Source: Neophaeotheca triangularis
Taxonomy: Eukaryota
DNA length: 64,000 bases
Direction: 5' to 3'
NCBI GenBank assembly: GCA_054600435.1
Contig: BAAIJX010000022.1
Location: forward strand, 310,001-374,000
Within the stretch, counting starts at the first letter, position 1, and every line of letters begins with the position of its first letter. The notes beneath the pieces were generated by a model, which made no database searches, was not told the origin of the DNA, and saw only the letters and a list, made by a program, of their open reading frames with translations. This document shows positions 45,589-57,392 of the stretch, piece by piece. The translations under genes were made by a program, and so were the position numbers.

Positions 45589-46980
45589 CTATCGTTCTAT
45601 ACCAAATTCCTCGAAGATGCTCTCGTTGTGCTGGCCCACGCTCGGTATCTCGTCCATTCTGACGTCGTACCCCTGATCGGCACCGGCAGGTCTCAAGGCA
45701 GGTATCATCCCGTTCGGCGTGTTGACACCCGTCCACCTGTTCCTGGCTTTGAGTTGAGGGTGCGTCCAAAGCCCAGCCATATCATTCAACTTTGAATTCG
45801 CAATCCCGTTTTCTTCCAAACGCCTCAAAACCTCGTCAGCCTCCATTTCCGCAAAAACGCTCTCAATGATCTCCTTCAATTCTCTTCTGTTTTTCGATCT
45901 AACCGAAGTACTCTCAAACCGCTCATCCTCCACCAACTCCGGTTTATTTAAAACCGCCCTCGCGAAAACTCCCCATTCTCGCTCATTTTGCATCCCCAAC
46001 ATCACCGTTCCCCCTCCACCCGTCTCAAAAGGCCCATAAGGATAAATACTCGCATGTTCCGCGCCTGCCAGTCTCGGCGGCTCCTGTCCCTCATACGCAT
46101 AATACAACGGAAAACTCATCCACTCGGCCATACTCTCGAGCATACTGACATCCAGCCTAGAGCCCTTCCCCGTCTTACCACGCTGCAAAAGCGCCGCAAG
46201 AATGTTGTTAAAAGCCGTCGTCCCCGCGGCAATATCCGCAATACTGATACCAGCTTTAGCAGGCTGGCCGTCAGGGGTGCCAGTAATGGAGAGAAATCCC
46301 GCCTCAGCCTGTATCAGCAAATCATAAGCTTTCTTATCCTTATAAGGCCCGGTGCTCCCATACCCAGAAATGTCGCAGACAACCAACCCCTCATTCCCCG
46401 CGCGCAAGCTCTGAAACCCCAACCCCATACGCTCCGTAGCACCAGGCGCGAGATTCTGGACCAGGACATCCGCTTTCATGATTATTTGCTTTAGCGCTTC
46501 GAGGTCGTCCGGGTTTTTGAGATCGAGGGCTAGCGATTCTTTGGATCGGTTGGTCCAGACGAAGTGCGAGCATTGGTTTTTGACTCTTTTGTCGTGTAGG
46601 CGGTTGAAGTCGCCGCTGCCGGGTCTTTCGATTTTGATCACGCGGGCGCCTAGGTCGGCGAGCTGGCGGGTGCAGAAGGGGCCGGCGATGGCTTGTTCAA
46701 GGGAGACTACTAGGGTCCCTGAGAGGGGGAGGTCGGAGCGTGGTGGGGATTGAGGTGAGCATTTTTGATGGTTGGGGGTGGTTGTGCTGAAGAGCCTGGC
46801 AGGAGCGCCGGAAGGGTTGATTCTTGACGGGCAGGTTTCGAATGCCGGGGATTTGGTCAGGCTACTTGGAAACTGGCGCACCCGCTGACTTATTGTCGAT
46901 AGCCTGCTTGTTCCGCTGCTTCTTGTCGACGATGAGGCCAGCTTCCGGGCAGGGGGCCCACGTGGCCTTAGAGAAAACAT
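45589..46980 (-). CDS. CoA-transferase family III (CaiB/BaiF), predicted mitochondrial
   Basis: EQAIAGPFCTRQLADLGARVIKIERP, NRSKESLALDLK, ISGYG, YDLLIQAEAG, ADIAAG; long Arg/Ser-rich N-terminus. Confidence 0.93.
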   Translation of the reverse strand: MFSLRPRGPPARKLASSSTRSSGTSRLSTISQRVRQFPSSLTKSPAFETCPSRINPSGAPARLFSTTTPNHQKCSPQSPPRSDLPLSGTLVVSLEQAIAGPFCTRQLADLGARVIKIERPGSGDFNRLHDKRVKNQCSHFVWTNRSKESLALDLKNPDDLEALKQIIMKADVLVQNLAPGATERMGLGFQSLRAGNEGLVVCDISGYGSTGPYKDKKAYDLLIQAEAGFLSITGTPDGQPAKAGISIADIAAGTTAFNNILAALLQRGKTGKGSRLDVSMLESMAEWMSFPLYYAYEGQEPPRLAGAEHASIYPYGPFETGGGGTVMLGMQNEREWGVFARAVLNKPELVEDERFESTSVRSKNRRELKEIIESVFAEMEADEVLRRLEENGIANSKLNDMAGLWTHPQLKARNRWTGVNTPNGMIPALRPAGADQGYDVRMDEIPSVGQHNESIFEEFGIER

Positions 46981-47969
46981 TGTGACCACAGAACCTTTAA
47001 CTCTCTATAGTCTGCAGTATGCTATTGTGTTGAGTTCACTCTCCTGTACTTGCGAAGCGCAATGGTTTCGGGTGTGGAAGGTGAGGTCGAGAAAGACGGT
47101 AAGATGCGCCCGGAAATAGTACCGGAAATAAGGAACCACTGACTTTCTCCGCACCTGGTGGAGACCGCATCCTTCTTCCACCTACAGCTTGTCTTTCGTG
47201 GCGATGGTGCTCAGTTCCTACTCATCGCTACAAGCTCTTTAAGTGAACATGGATGCTTGGTGACCACTACAAGCAGCTGGAGTACCGCTAGAGTTGTCGC
47301 GACGCACTGCTGAGAGGACCAAAGATGATGAAATGAGAAGGGATTCAAAGGTTGGCGGTGCTCCTAGCAGTATGCCTCGACATCAACCTCTTCGAGTAGC
47401 GACAAGTCAACGGGACACGAATCATGGGATCAGCATGCCTGGACAAATCGCTAGGCGTATGTCGGGTTCCGCCCTTTTCCGGAGAGCCCTTCGACAGGCA
47501 AGACGATAGCTGACTAGGCATTGTTGCACCCAGGCGAGGCTCATGAGACTTAAGGGCTTCCTACGACATTCCAGGTTCAGTGGTATGTACCGAAAGGGTT
47601 ACCATCTGCCACCCGAAGAAAACTATCTGCATCACTCTCGTCCCTTTACCGCACTGCGAAGATCAAACCCGCACATGCATGGACCGAATGCGGGGATAGA
47701 CATTTATCCGGCCTGTCAATGTTGCGCAGCTGGAGTCTAGCATGTTGATCAGCCCATGTCTTCGACTACATTGCATCGAGCTGTGGGTCTGTACGTATGA
47801 TTGCGGAGCCTTGCTTCCACGCCGTCCTCGCTGCCTGTACAAGGCCAAGGATGAATGAATCAGTTTTGCGGCTTAGGCAGGGAACCGAAAGAATAAGTAG
47901 AAGGGCTCCCTCTTCGCTGATATCTTCTTCCTTTCACTGCACCAGCTATTCGATGTCAAAATTGTCAAA

Positions 47970-50521
47970 ATGCGTATCTCAAGCACCCTTAGTCTCTTCA
48001 TCTCTTCCACGGCTACCTTCACCTCAGCCTTTCCGGCGCAAGGCGGCGACGACTATGGCAGACCCGATGGCTCGGCACCGTACAAGGACTCTTCCCTCTC
48101 TGTAGAAGAGCGAGTGCAGGACCTCCTCTCCAGGATGACTATCCACGAAAAGACCGCCCAGCTCATGCAAGGGGACATGGAGAATTGGGTCAACACAACC
48201 GATTACGTTTTCAACCGTACCGGGTTGGAGGTCAATTTCGAGCAGAAAGCTGGCCAGTTCTATGTTGGTCACCCAGTTCCTTGGGATGTGCTGGCAGGGA
48301 ACATAAAGATCGGTCAAGACTATGCTGTCAACGAGACCAGACTCGGTATTCCGGCCCTTACGCATGATGAGGGTATCCACGGATTTCGCCAGAACAACGC
48401 TACTATCTTCAACTCTCCTATCGCCCATGCTTGTAGTTGGTAAGTGGAATTTCCCGATAAAAGGGGTCATGCAGAATCGAAGGGCCACTTGTGGCCAGAA
48501 ATCTGTCCCTTGACAACGTGGATGTCAAAATTGCTACGCGTACTGCGGGACCATTATCCGGCTACTCTCCCTTGCTGCATGATGCGCGCTTCTTGCTTAC
48601 TTCTCGTAGGAACCGCACTCAGCTCCACCTGATGGCACAACAAATCGCTCTGGAGACGAAGGCCCTCGGAGTTAATCAGCTCTTCGCGCCAGTGGCAGAT
48701 CTCGCACGTGAGCTCAGATTTGGGAGAGTCGAGGAGACATACGGAGAGGACCCGTATCTTGCTGGCGAGTTTGTCGCCGAGTACGTTCGTGGGGTCCAAA
48801 ACGAAGGTGTCATGGCTACCGTAAAGCACTTCACCGCCTTCAGCCAACCCGAGCAGGGACTGAATCTCGGGCCTGTACACGGCGGCGAGCGTGAATTGAG
48901 GACTATTTGGAACGTCCCCCAGAAGAAGGGAATCGTCGACGCTGGAGCCTGGTCGATTATGAGCTCGTATAACTCTTACGATGGTGTCCCTGTCATTAGC
49001 GATCGCTCCATCATGACCGGCATCCTGCGCGAGGAATGGGACTATGAGTATTATGTCATCTCCGACGCAGGTGGCACTGACCGACTTGCAGAGAACTTTG
49101 GGGTGTGCCCTGAGCCCTTGACAACTTTTGACGAGCCCACCACTGAAGGCAACGAATGCATCACCCTCGAAGCGCTTCCAGCTGGGAACGATGTGGAAAT
49201 GGGCGGGGGCAGCTTCAACTTCCGTACTATCCCCGAGCTCGTCGAGTCCGGTCGTTTGGGTGAGGAAGCTGTTGATAAAGCCGTCAGTCGCCTTCTCGGG
49301 GCGAAATTTGCCATGGGACTGTTCGAAAACCCCTACCCTGCCGCCCCGCAAAGCGAATGGGACAACATCATTAACAACGACTACGCCAAGGGTCTGGCAC
49401 GCGAGCAGGACCGAGACAGTATTGTGGTCTTGAAGAACGATGACGAGATGCTACCGCTTAGCAAGGACCAAAAGGTGGCTGTTATCGGACCCATGGCTGA
49501 CGGCTTTATGAACTACGGGGATTACGTCGCATACGAAAGTCAGTACCGCGGAATTACGCCTCGCGTGGGCATCGAGGCTGCTGTCAATGGAGGTAACGTC
49601 ACCTACGTCCAGGGCTGTGAACGCTGGAGCAACGATCAATCTGGCTTTCCTGAAGCCATCGCTGCCGCTGAAGACGCCGATGTCGCGGTTGTAGTCGTGG
49701 GTACCTGGTCTCGCGACCAGGTCGAACTCTGGATTCCACTAAATGCAACGACTGGCGAGTCCATGGATAACATGGATCTCAGCCTTGTCGGCGCCATGCG
49801 ACCCCTAGTCGAAGCCATTATCAACACCAACACACCTACCGTGGTCGTCTTCCAATCTGGCAAGCCCGTCACGGAGCCCTGGCTCTCCAACACAACCGCA
49901 AGCCTAATCCAGCAATTCTACCCCAGCCAAGAAGGCGGTAACGCGCTTGCCGATATCCTCTTCGGCGACGTCAACCCTTCGGGCCGCCTCTCCGTCTCCT
50001 ATCCCCACGATGTAGGCGCCCTACCAATCTACTACGACTACTTAAAGTCCGGTCGCCCGGTGGAACCGGGTTTCGAAGCCCAGGATGGCGAACTCCACTT
50101 CGGGAACCAGTACACGCTCGGAACGCCGGCGGCTTGGTTCCCCTTCGGCTACGGGCTCAGCTACAGCGACTACGCCTACTCCAACGTCAGCCTCTCGTTC
50201 AGCAACGTAAAGCCTACCGACCACGTCACTGCGTCTGTTAGCGTGACTAACAATGGCACTCGCGATGGTGCTGAGGTCGTTCAGCTCTATGTCACTGATG
50301 TGCTGGCTTCGGTGGATGTGGCGAACAAGCAGCTCAAGGGTTTTGAGAAGGTTTGGATTCCAGCAGGTGAGACTGTTGTGGTGGATATTGAGCTCGACGT
50401 TGCGGATCTAGGGGTTTGGAATCGGGATATGGAGTACGTGGTCGAACCTGGCGAGTTCTGGATTCAGGTTGGCGCGAGTAGTGAGGATATTCGTGGAAGG
50501 GCTAGTTTGTGGGTTCAGTGA
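47970..50521 (+). CDS. Secreted glycoside hydrolase family 3 (beta-glucosidase/xylosidase) with Fn3-like domain
   Basis: Signal peptide; EGIHG, GRVEETYGEDPYL, VKHF, SSYN, VISDAG, FGYGLSY, EVVQLY; intron 48440-48609. Confidence 0.94.
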
Positions 50522-51436
50522 ATGCTCGCTTGATTCGCTGTCTCCCTTTTCTTAGGACGCGAGCAAGCCCTGGTGGATGTTGCTAGAGTGCTACTCCTTT
50601 ACGTCTGCCACCGGTGACAAGGCCCAAACTTTGACCCTCGCGAGAACAGTGGAGGAAATCCCGCCCGTAGTCGAGGACGTGAAGGCCGACTTGGTCTGGT
50701 AAGCGGCAGGTGCTACCTTCTATGACAGCCGAGCAGACATGGAGCACAGCGAGTGCCTATCGCGGAAACACGTAGTGACTATCAAAATGGAGTCCACAAG
50801 CAGCGGTAGTATAAGCTATAGAGCGAGCTAACGTGAAGTGTGAAGTGAGGTGCCACTTCAGTTTAGGTAGAGCAGTGAAGTTAGGCAAGCACATAAAAGT
50901 CAAGATTCTTCTCCATGCTCCTGCAGATTGCAAAAACTATGATGAAAAAAAGAGTAGTTCGCGTCAGCTGGAAGTAGTGCGATACCAGCGACACGGTGAC
51001 GGTGAGCATGCGCAAGCACAGGAGCTCGCCATCGGATGGCAAAAATAAGAATAATCTTGAAGGTCCCGTAGGACCGTTTCAGAGATTAAACTGAAACTAA
51101 AAGAGGAATAGGTCAGTCTCTGCATCGTGGGTCGTTCCTTCCTAAATAGGCAACTTACAGAACAGATACTACACTTGATCTAAGCCAAAAGGCAAAGAGA
51201 GCTGGAGAAGAAAAGAAAGGAAGAGAGAGGGAGTTGGAAGAGCAGCTCAGTTTTGTGTCTGCGCGGTGGGCCCAAGCGCTCTAGCGCCGCTTAGTCACGG
51301 GTTGGGCAAGAGTCCGTGTCAAAAGTCTAGGTCACTGGGTCTGAAGTCGTGATATCAACAACGTAGCTTCGTCTCAAGTTTGGAAGACAACAAATACTCG
51401 AGGTCAAACATACCGAACTTGATCACTGCATCTACC

Positions 51437-52754
51437 ATGCCTCTGCATATAGGCTCACAGGCCTACATGAATGGCTTCGATTCGATACCGTTCTTATGGC
51501 CTACCATCAAGGCTTTACCATGGCTTGGCGTACTGTATCTGCTCAAGGTCTACTTCTCAGGCGCGAGCAATACGAGTGAGAGAAACATGCACAGCAAAGT
51601 TGTCATGGTCACAGTGAGTAGTACTTGTACAACGAGATTTGGTGAAGCCATCTGACCTTTTCCAGGGCGGTACAAGCGGCGTGGGTGAAGCAGTAGTCCG
51701 TGATCTAGCCTCACGGGGAGCACAAATCGTGCTCCTAACCCAACACACCCTCTCCGACCCATTTATTGTGGACTACATAGAAGACCTGCGCGAATACACT
51801 AAGAACGAACTCATCACGGCCGAGCAAGTGGACCTCTCCTCGCTCCACAGCATCCGCCAATTCGCCACCAAATGGATCGACAACGCCCCCGTCCGACGCT
51901 TAGACATGGTGATCCTCTGCGGCAACACCCTGACCCCAGCGGGCAGCAAACTGCAAAGCACGAGCGAAGGCATCGAACTAAACTGGCAAGTCAACTACCT
52001 CGCCAACTTCCACCTCCTGAGCATCCTCTCCCCGGCCCTGCGAGCCCAACCCGCCGACCGCGACGTCCGCATCCTCTTCGGAACCTGCAGCTCCTACATC
52101 GGCGGCGACCTCATCCACATCACCGAGCCGGAAAGCAGCAAAAGCGAAAAGCCAACCACGACTCCCGCCAAATTCTCCCCCTCAAACGCCTACGCCACTT
52201 CCAAGCTCGCTCTCATGTCCTTCGCCATAGCCTTCCAAAAACACCTCAATGCCCACGACCGGCCGGACAAAGCACCCATGAACAGCAAAGTGCTGCTAAT
52301 CGACCCCGGTCTCTGCCGCACACCGGGAACTCGACGCTGGCTAACCCGCGGCTCCCTGCTCGGCCTCCTGGCTTACCTGCTCTTCTACCCGCTGATCTGG
52401 TTCGTGCTCAAATCTCCTGACATGGGGTCGCAGAGCTTTCTGTTCGCGGCCATGGAAGAGCGCTTCGCACGAGGCGATGGCGGGTGGTTTATCAAGGAAG
52501 TAAAGGAGCGGCCGGGGTTTCTGCGCCAAGAGGTGGCGGACGAGGGTGCGCAGGCGAAGTTGTGGGAGTATAGCGAGAAGATGGTTGAGGAGGGGGAGAA
52601 GAGGGGCAAGGAGGCGAGGTCGAAGGCTCAGAAGACGAAGGAAGAGGCTGAGGAGAGGGAGACAGCGGAGAAGGAGGTTAGGGATTATAGGGAGAAGGTT
52701 GGGAAGAAAGATGGCCAGAAAAAGGAGGGTGGTAGGCGGAGCAAGAGGGCGTAG
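51437..52754 (+). CDS. Short-chain dehydrogenase/reductase, retinol-DH/YNL181W(PBR1)-like, membrane associated
   Basis: HSKVVMVT|GGTSGVG across intron 51614-51665; VDLSSLHSIRQFATKW, VNYLANFHLL, YATSK. Confidence 0.88.
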
Positions 52755-53178
52755 GAGAGGTAGTATCACGATGGGACTGTGAGATTTTGGTGCGCACTAT
52801 AGTAGATACAAACCTACCAACCACGCAAATTTCCTTTCTAACCTAGCACTAAAAACCCCAACGCCCGAGAATGCTTCCACAGTTTACTTTGATACGGATG
52901 TGGTCGTCCCAGATGATTTTTCTGATTTTTCTGTTCCATGCCTATTTCACTCAAGCTCTCAGTTCGAGTAACAGCCGCCGCTCCCCGTGCACCTCCATCA
53001 ATATCCCCGCTCCGTTCCTCCGAGGGTTCTGATGAGTCGGTGCTGAAATGGTGAGCAGCGACTGTCCATGTCGTCTTCTCTCTTTGTGTCTTCGGCATTC
53101 GTTCCCGTAGCTGGTGACACAACATCCGTTCCTTCTCCTTTCACAAGTGCGAGCAAAGCCTCAATTGCAAGCAGCGCC

Positions 53179-56100
53179 CTAACGCCCACCCCAAGGAGCG
53201 GCCTCCCCGTAATACTCATACACGATGTCGTCGAGATCGGGCGCAGCGTCGTTGCGCTCAACGCGGGCCTGGTCGTACGCGTTGCGAGCTTGGTCCGGCG
53301 GGACGTCATTGAGGTGGCGGTGAAAGTCTGCTTGAGCGGGATCGAGGTTAGCGGGTAACAGCCTCTCATTAGCTCGGCGGGCGCGTCTTCTGTTGGCTCG
53401 CTCACCCTCAAGAAGGTCCTCTGGGTTCTGGGCACGCGGCTGTTGGTCACGACCATCGTGACGGTGACGGCGGTGGCCTTGATCGTGTCCTCCTCCACCT
53501 CTGGGGGCTTGGCCCTGACGGCCGGGGTGGGGTTGGCCGGCGAGGTTCATGGGGTCGTTCATGGGATTCATCGCGAGCATGGCGTCCCAGGCGGCGTTGA
53601 CAGGGATCTGATCTCTCACAGCGTCGTCGAGTCCGCCTGGAAGGCCAAACTCATCATCGAGACCGCCATCTGGGGCGTTGGCGAAGGCGTCCGCGGCCGC
53701 TCGAGCACCGCGCCTCTGCTCCATGTGCTCACGAGCACCAACTTCTCGTAGCGCTTGCTCGCGGGCCATGTCTTCGATTCCCTCCTGTTGCAAGCCTGCG
53801 AGATGGCGTGCTCGAACTCTCTGAAACATGTTGTCGGCTGCGATATCCCTACGATCACGACCGCCATCACCTTCACGGGCGATGTTGGCACCTCCAGCGT
53901 TGGCGGGATTCTGTTGATGAACGTCGGCAAAGGCTTGCGGGGGCTGTTCGAAACCTTGCACATTCTGAAGAAGTCCGCCAAAGGGTGCAATCATCATAGG
54001 CTGGTACATGCCTAGATAGTCATCGGGTCCGGGGTGGAAATTGGCCGCCTGGGGGTAGCCGTGACGGTATGCTTGCTGGATCTCGGCCACTCGGGCATTG
54101 ATGTCCTCGTTTGGGAGAGCGACAGCGGGGCGAGCAGCTGCAGGACGCTGTAGGTGCGCCTGCATCCGGGCGTATAAGTCGTTGTCGTCGTTGGGAGGAG
54201 CTCCAGCGGGGCGAGCAGCTGCCGGACGCTGTAGTTGCGCCTGCATACGGGCGTATAAGTCGTCGTCGTCGTTGGGAGGAGCTTCAGCGGGGCGAGCAGC
54301 GGCCTGACGTCGGTGGTGCGCCTGAAAACGGGCACGGAGTTGCTCGTTCGGCAGGGGAACAGGAGGACGCCTGGGAGCTGCTCCAGGGGCGGGCATTTGC
54401 CGCCATTGGTATGGAGGAATGAGGCCCAGCGCGCGAGGTGGAGGCTCGTCGACTTCGATTCTGAGGTCCTGGTCTTGTAACTCAGGGTTATTGGCGAGTG
54501 CCTCCTCTCGTGCCTTCTTCTCCGCTTTCTTGACCTCGTTGTGGTGGAAATGATCGACGCTCCCGCCTACGTCGTACATGGCACATTTCTTGTTGCCGTC
54601 CTCCGATCGTGGTGCCGGATGTCGGGAGCGCTGATCGAAGTGAGTGTAATCCCTGATGCTCTCAGAACACACGTAGCATTGGAGGTTACCACACTTGACA
54701 CAAGCCATTTTGTTGCAGCCCTCAGCCTTCAAGAAAGCAGTCTTGCACTTGTTGCAGTTGCGAATGAGTGCGGAAGACATCGCTTCGGCGATTTGGTTCT
54801 GCAAGGAGACTTTGTTATTGTCAGCGACTTCTTTGCAAGTCAACGGTATGTGGCTTTTCTTCTTGCAAATGCGGCAGCTGAGCTCGCCGCAGCGCGGATT
54901 CTCGCACTGAAAGTGATTGTACCCGTCCTCTAGGATCGCCTGGTAGGAACAGAATGGGCACCCTTCGAGGCCAGGGATGTCAGCGTTGCGCAACTCTTCT
55001 TCTTGGAGCAGGTTCTCGAGCCTTTCGACGTCTTTTTGGTTTGGCAGAAGCCTTAGCTGGCTTGTTGCGAGCTTGAGGCCGCACCCGTGTCCTGAGCAAA
55101 ACACCCTAGTTGACTGGTCGCCTACCATGGTCTTGACGTAGATTTCAGCGCAATCGTAACAGATATAGTGCACTTGTTCGCCGTCGCAGTGGATAGATCT
55201 GTTCATGGGTTCTTTTTCGAAGCACGCCTGGCACTCGACGAGCTGATTTTCCTCTCTCGCCCTCGCCTTGTTCTCATCGTCAGCCTTTTGCTTCTGCTGT
55301 TTAGCTATACGCTGCTCTTGAGCCTCCTGGACAGCCTTGACTGCTGCGTTGTACTCCTTCTCGATCTCCGGCCCGGCGGCGCTCGCCAGTTCAGAGGCAT
55401 GCTGCTTGGCTGTTCCAGAATGAGAAGCATGATTGTCCCGCGTACGGTGAATCCCTTTTTTAGCTGATCCCGCCGCAATTTCCGAAAGAGCGACGTAGGT
55501 AGGGAACAGTTGCTTTTGTTTGGCAAAGGTATCCTTGATGCACTGGACGGTAAGCGAGGGGAATGAGGCGGTCAAGATGCTCCGAACAGTATCTTTGGCT
55601 GCGAGTGGCAGGGTACCTCTCATCCTTGACGTGAATTCGCTGAAGTCACTGGCCTCTGGAGAATCCGCACGCTTCCGTTTGCCATTACTCCTGGCAGTCT
55701 CTCGCTTTGGGTAGTCGCCTTCGCGGTCAGCGATCTTGTGTGCGATCCTCTGCGCCCTCTCCTGTGGTGGTAATCCACCCTCGCCAACCTCCCCGCCTCC
55801 GTAATTGTTGTAGAGCTCCTCAACGTACTTTGGCAGGATGTCTGGAAACATCTCCATCACGGTTTGCAGGCACGTGTCAACGGTATAGTTGAGGTGTTTG
55901 TGATCAGCGCGATCCATTTCAGTAGCGACACCGTGGTCGAGAGACTCCTGAAAGTGGGCGTTGGCGTTGTCGGTAAGGTCTTCTTCACCGACTGGCGTAG
56001 TGAGGCCAGCAAGCTGATCTACGTCGAAGATGTCATTCATATTGGGGTCTCCGCCGTTGTTCTCTGCAGGAAGTCTGACCTGGGCCGGCTCGTAAGCGTC

Positions 56101-56322
56101 GACGTCGATGACTTCGTTGTCGCCCATCCGCGCCATCCGAACGACGTCGTCTGGGCCTTGGAGGGGCTGCATGGCCGCGGCGTGATGGCGTGCACGGTGT
56201 TGCAGGGGGTGGGTGTCTATTCCTCGCCTCCTTATTGGTGACGATGAAGGAATGGTGTCGGAGTCGCTGTCGCTGAGTAGGTCAATCAGCACAGGTGTGC
56301 GGTGAAGGATGGCTGGAGGCAT
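53179..56322 (-). CDS. RBR (RING-IBR-RING) E3 ubiquitin ligase, RNF216/TRIAD3-like
   Basis: RING1 CQAC...HYICYDC, IBR CPFC...CRICKKKSH, RING2 CNKC...EGCNKMACVKC...CYVC; start taken at ATG 56322. Confidence 0.9.
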   Translation of the reverse strand: MPPAILHRTPVLIDLLSDSDSDTIPSSSPIRRRGIDTHPLQHRARHHAAAMQPLQGPDDVVRMARMGDNEVIDVDAYEPAQVRLPAENNGGDPNMNDIFDVDQLAGLTTPVGEEDLTDNANAHFQESLDHGVATEMDRADHKHLNYTVDTCLQTVMEMFPDILPKYVEELYNNYGGGEVGEGGLPPQERAQRIAHKIADREGDYPKRETARSNGKRKRADSPEASDFSEFTSRMRGTLPLAAKDTVRSILTASFPSLTVQCIKDTFAKQKQLFPTYVALSEIAAGSAKKGIHRTRDNHASHSGTAKQHASELASAAGPEIEKEYNAAVKAVQEAQEQRIAKQQKQKADDENKARAREENQLVECQACFEKEPMNRSIHCDGEQVHYICYDCAEIYVKTMVGDQSTRVFCSGHGCGLKLATSQLRLLPNQKDVERLENLLQEEELRNADIPGLEGCPFCSYQAILEDGYNHFQCENPRCGELSCRICKKKSHIPLTCKEVADNNKVSLQNQIAEAMSSALIRNCNKCKTAFLKAEGCNKMACVKCGNLQCYVCSESIRDYTHFDQRSRHPAPRSEDGNKKCAMYDVGGSVDHFHHNEVKKAEKKAREEALANNPELQDQDLRIEVDEPPPRALGLIPPYQWRQMPAPGAAPRRPPVPLPNEQLRARFQAHHRRQAAARPAEAPPNDDDDLYARMQAQLQRPAAARPAGAPPNDDNDLYARMQAHLQRPAAARPAVALPNEDINARVAEIQQAYRHGYPQAANFHPGPDDYLGMYQPMMIAPFGGLLQNVQGFEQPPQAFADVHQQNPANAGGANIAREGDGGRDRRDIAADNMFQRVRARHLAGLQQEGIEDMAREQALREVGAREHMEQRRGARAAADAFANAPDGGLDDEFGLPGGLDDAVRDQIPVNAAWDAMLAMNPMNDPMNLAGQPHPGRQGQAPRGGGGHDQGHRRHRHDGRDQQPRAQNPEDLLEGERANRRRARRANERLLPANLDPAQADFHRHLNDVPPDQARNAYDQARVERNDAAPDLDDIVYEYYGEAAPWGGR
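54100..54365 (-). repeat. 81-bp coding tandem repeat in the RBR ligase
   Basis: gcggggcgagcagc recurs at 54125, 54206 and 54287; encodes AAARPAxAPPNDDxDLYARMQAxLQRP. Confidence 0.92.
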
Positions 56323-57145
56323 TTCGATGGCGGTGCGCTCTTGGCAATTATCGGAGTGAGCTGTGTGAGCGGGATGACGCACGGCCTTGACGCTGCTGCC
56401 GAAAAGGGAAAGCACGAAGCTGGTGGCGCCTGAGGCTGCGCTGCGGGACTTCAAGCCGTTTTCGACACTTCAGAGGGCCAAGGAGTGTCCCGGTTGATCT
56501 TACAACACAGATGGAATATTTTTTGGAGACTTCGCAACACGAGGAAGAGGAGGCGTAATCCAAGGCCTAGGCGTGGGCAGGGTTGCAGGAAGAAATGATG
56601 GGTTTCTGTTTTCCAGACGGGGATGAAAGTGTAAGACCCTACAGGCTCGGGAGAGGCGTCGTTGGCGGCAGGCAAGTCTTGGGAAGACAGAAGGAGTTGT
56701 AGTAGCAGCAGAGATGTGACAGTGGGTTGCGCTGTCACTACAACAAGGTAGACGAGGCAGGACCAGGAGCGTTGAGAGGCACTGCTTTGTAGGCAGAGCG
56801 CGGCTAGGCTGTTCAGCCGTGTTGTGTGCCTGGGTGGTGAATGGCCGGGCTTGTTGAAGATTCGGACGAGGCTATCATGTCAAGAGGGCCAGAATTTGCA
56901 AAGCCTTGCGGACGGAGGTGGGTTCACTGGAAGGTGTTCAGCGGAGACGGGGGCACTGGTCCAATTTGGCTCGTACGACTGCCTCGACTCTGATTACTAC
57001 CTTCCCTTACCTACTAACCTTAGGTAGCTTAGCTAGACGCAACGAGGCACGAAGCGACGGGAGACGAAAGGTGAAAGTCGCAAAGCAGCTGGAATGGTTG
57101 CCGTGGGCGTGAAAAGGTCGGGTGTGGTCCAGCTCATACTTGCTA

Positions 57146-57177
<32 letters not shown>

Positions 57178-57179
57178 CC
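57146..57179. repeat. (CCTG)n microsatellite
   Basis: cctgcctgcctg..., about 8 units. Confidence 0.9.
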
Positions 57180-57354
57180 AGCTGCGAAGTTAAGGTAGGT
57201 AACTACTGTAGGAGGTTAGATAAGGTATGTCTCAGCATGAATGTCTTGTACTACCTTACCTGCCTTACCTTACGCCTCGATTCAACTTACCTTTCAGACT
57301 TTGTTGGCACCGTCGGATTTGTCCAGCGTTTACGACAGCTCTTGAATTTTATCA

Positions 57355-57392
57355 TACCTACCTACCTACCTACCTACCTACCTACCTACCTA
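57355..57392. repeat. (TACC)n microsatellite
   Basis: tacctacctacc..., about 9 units. Confidence 0.9.
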
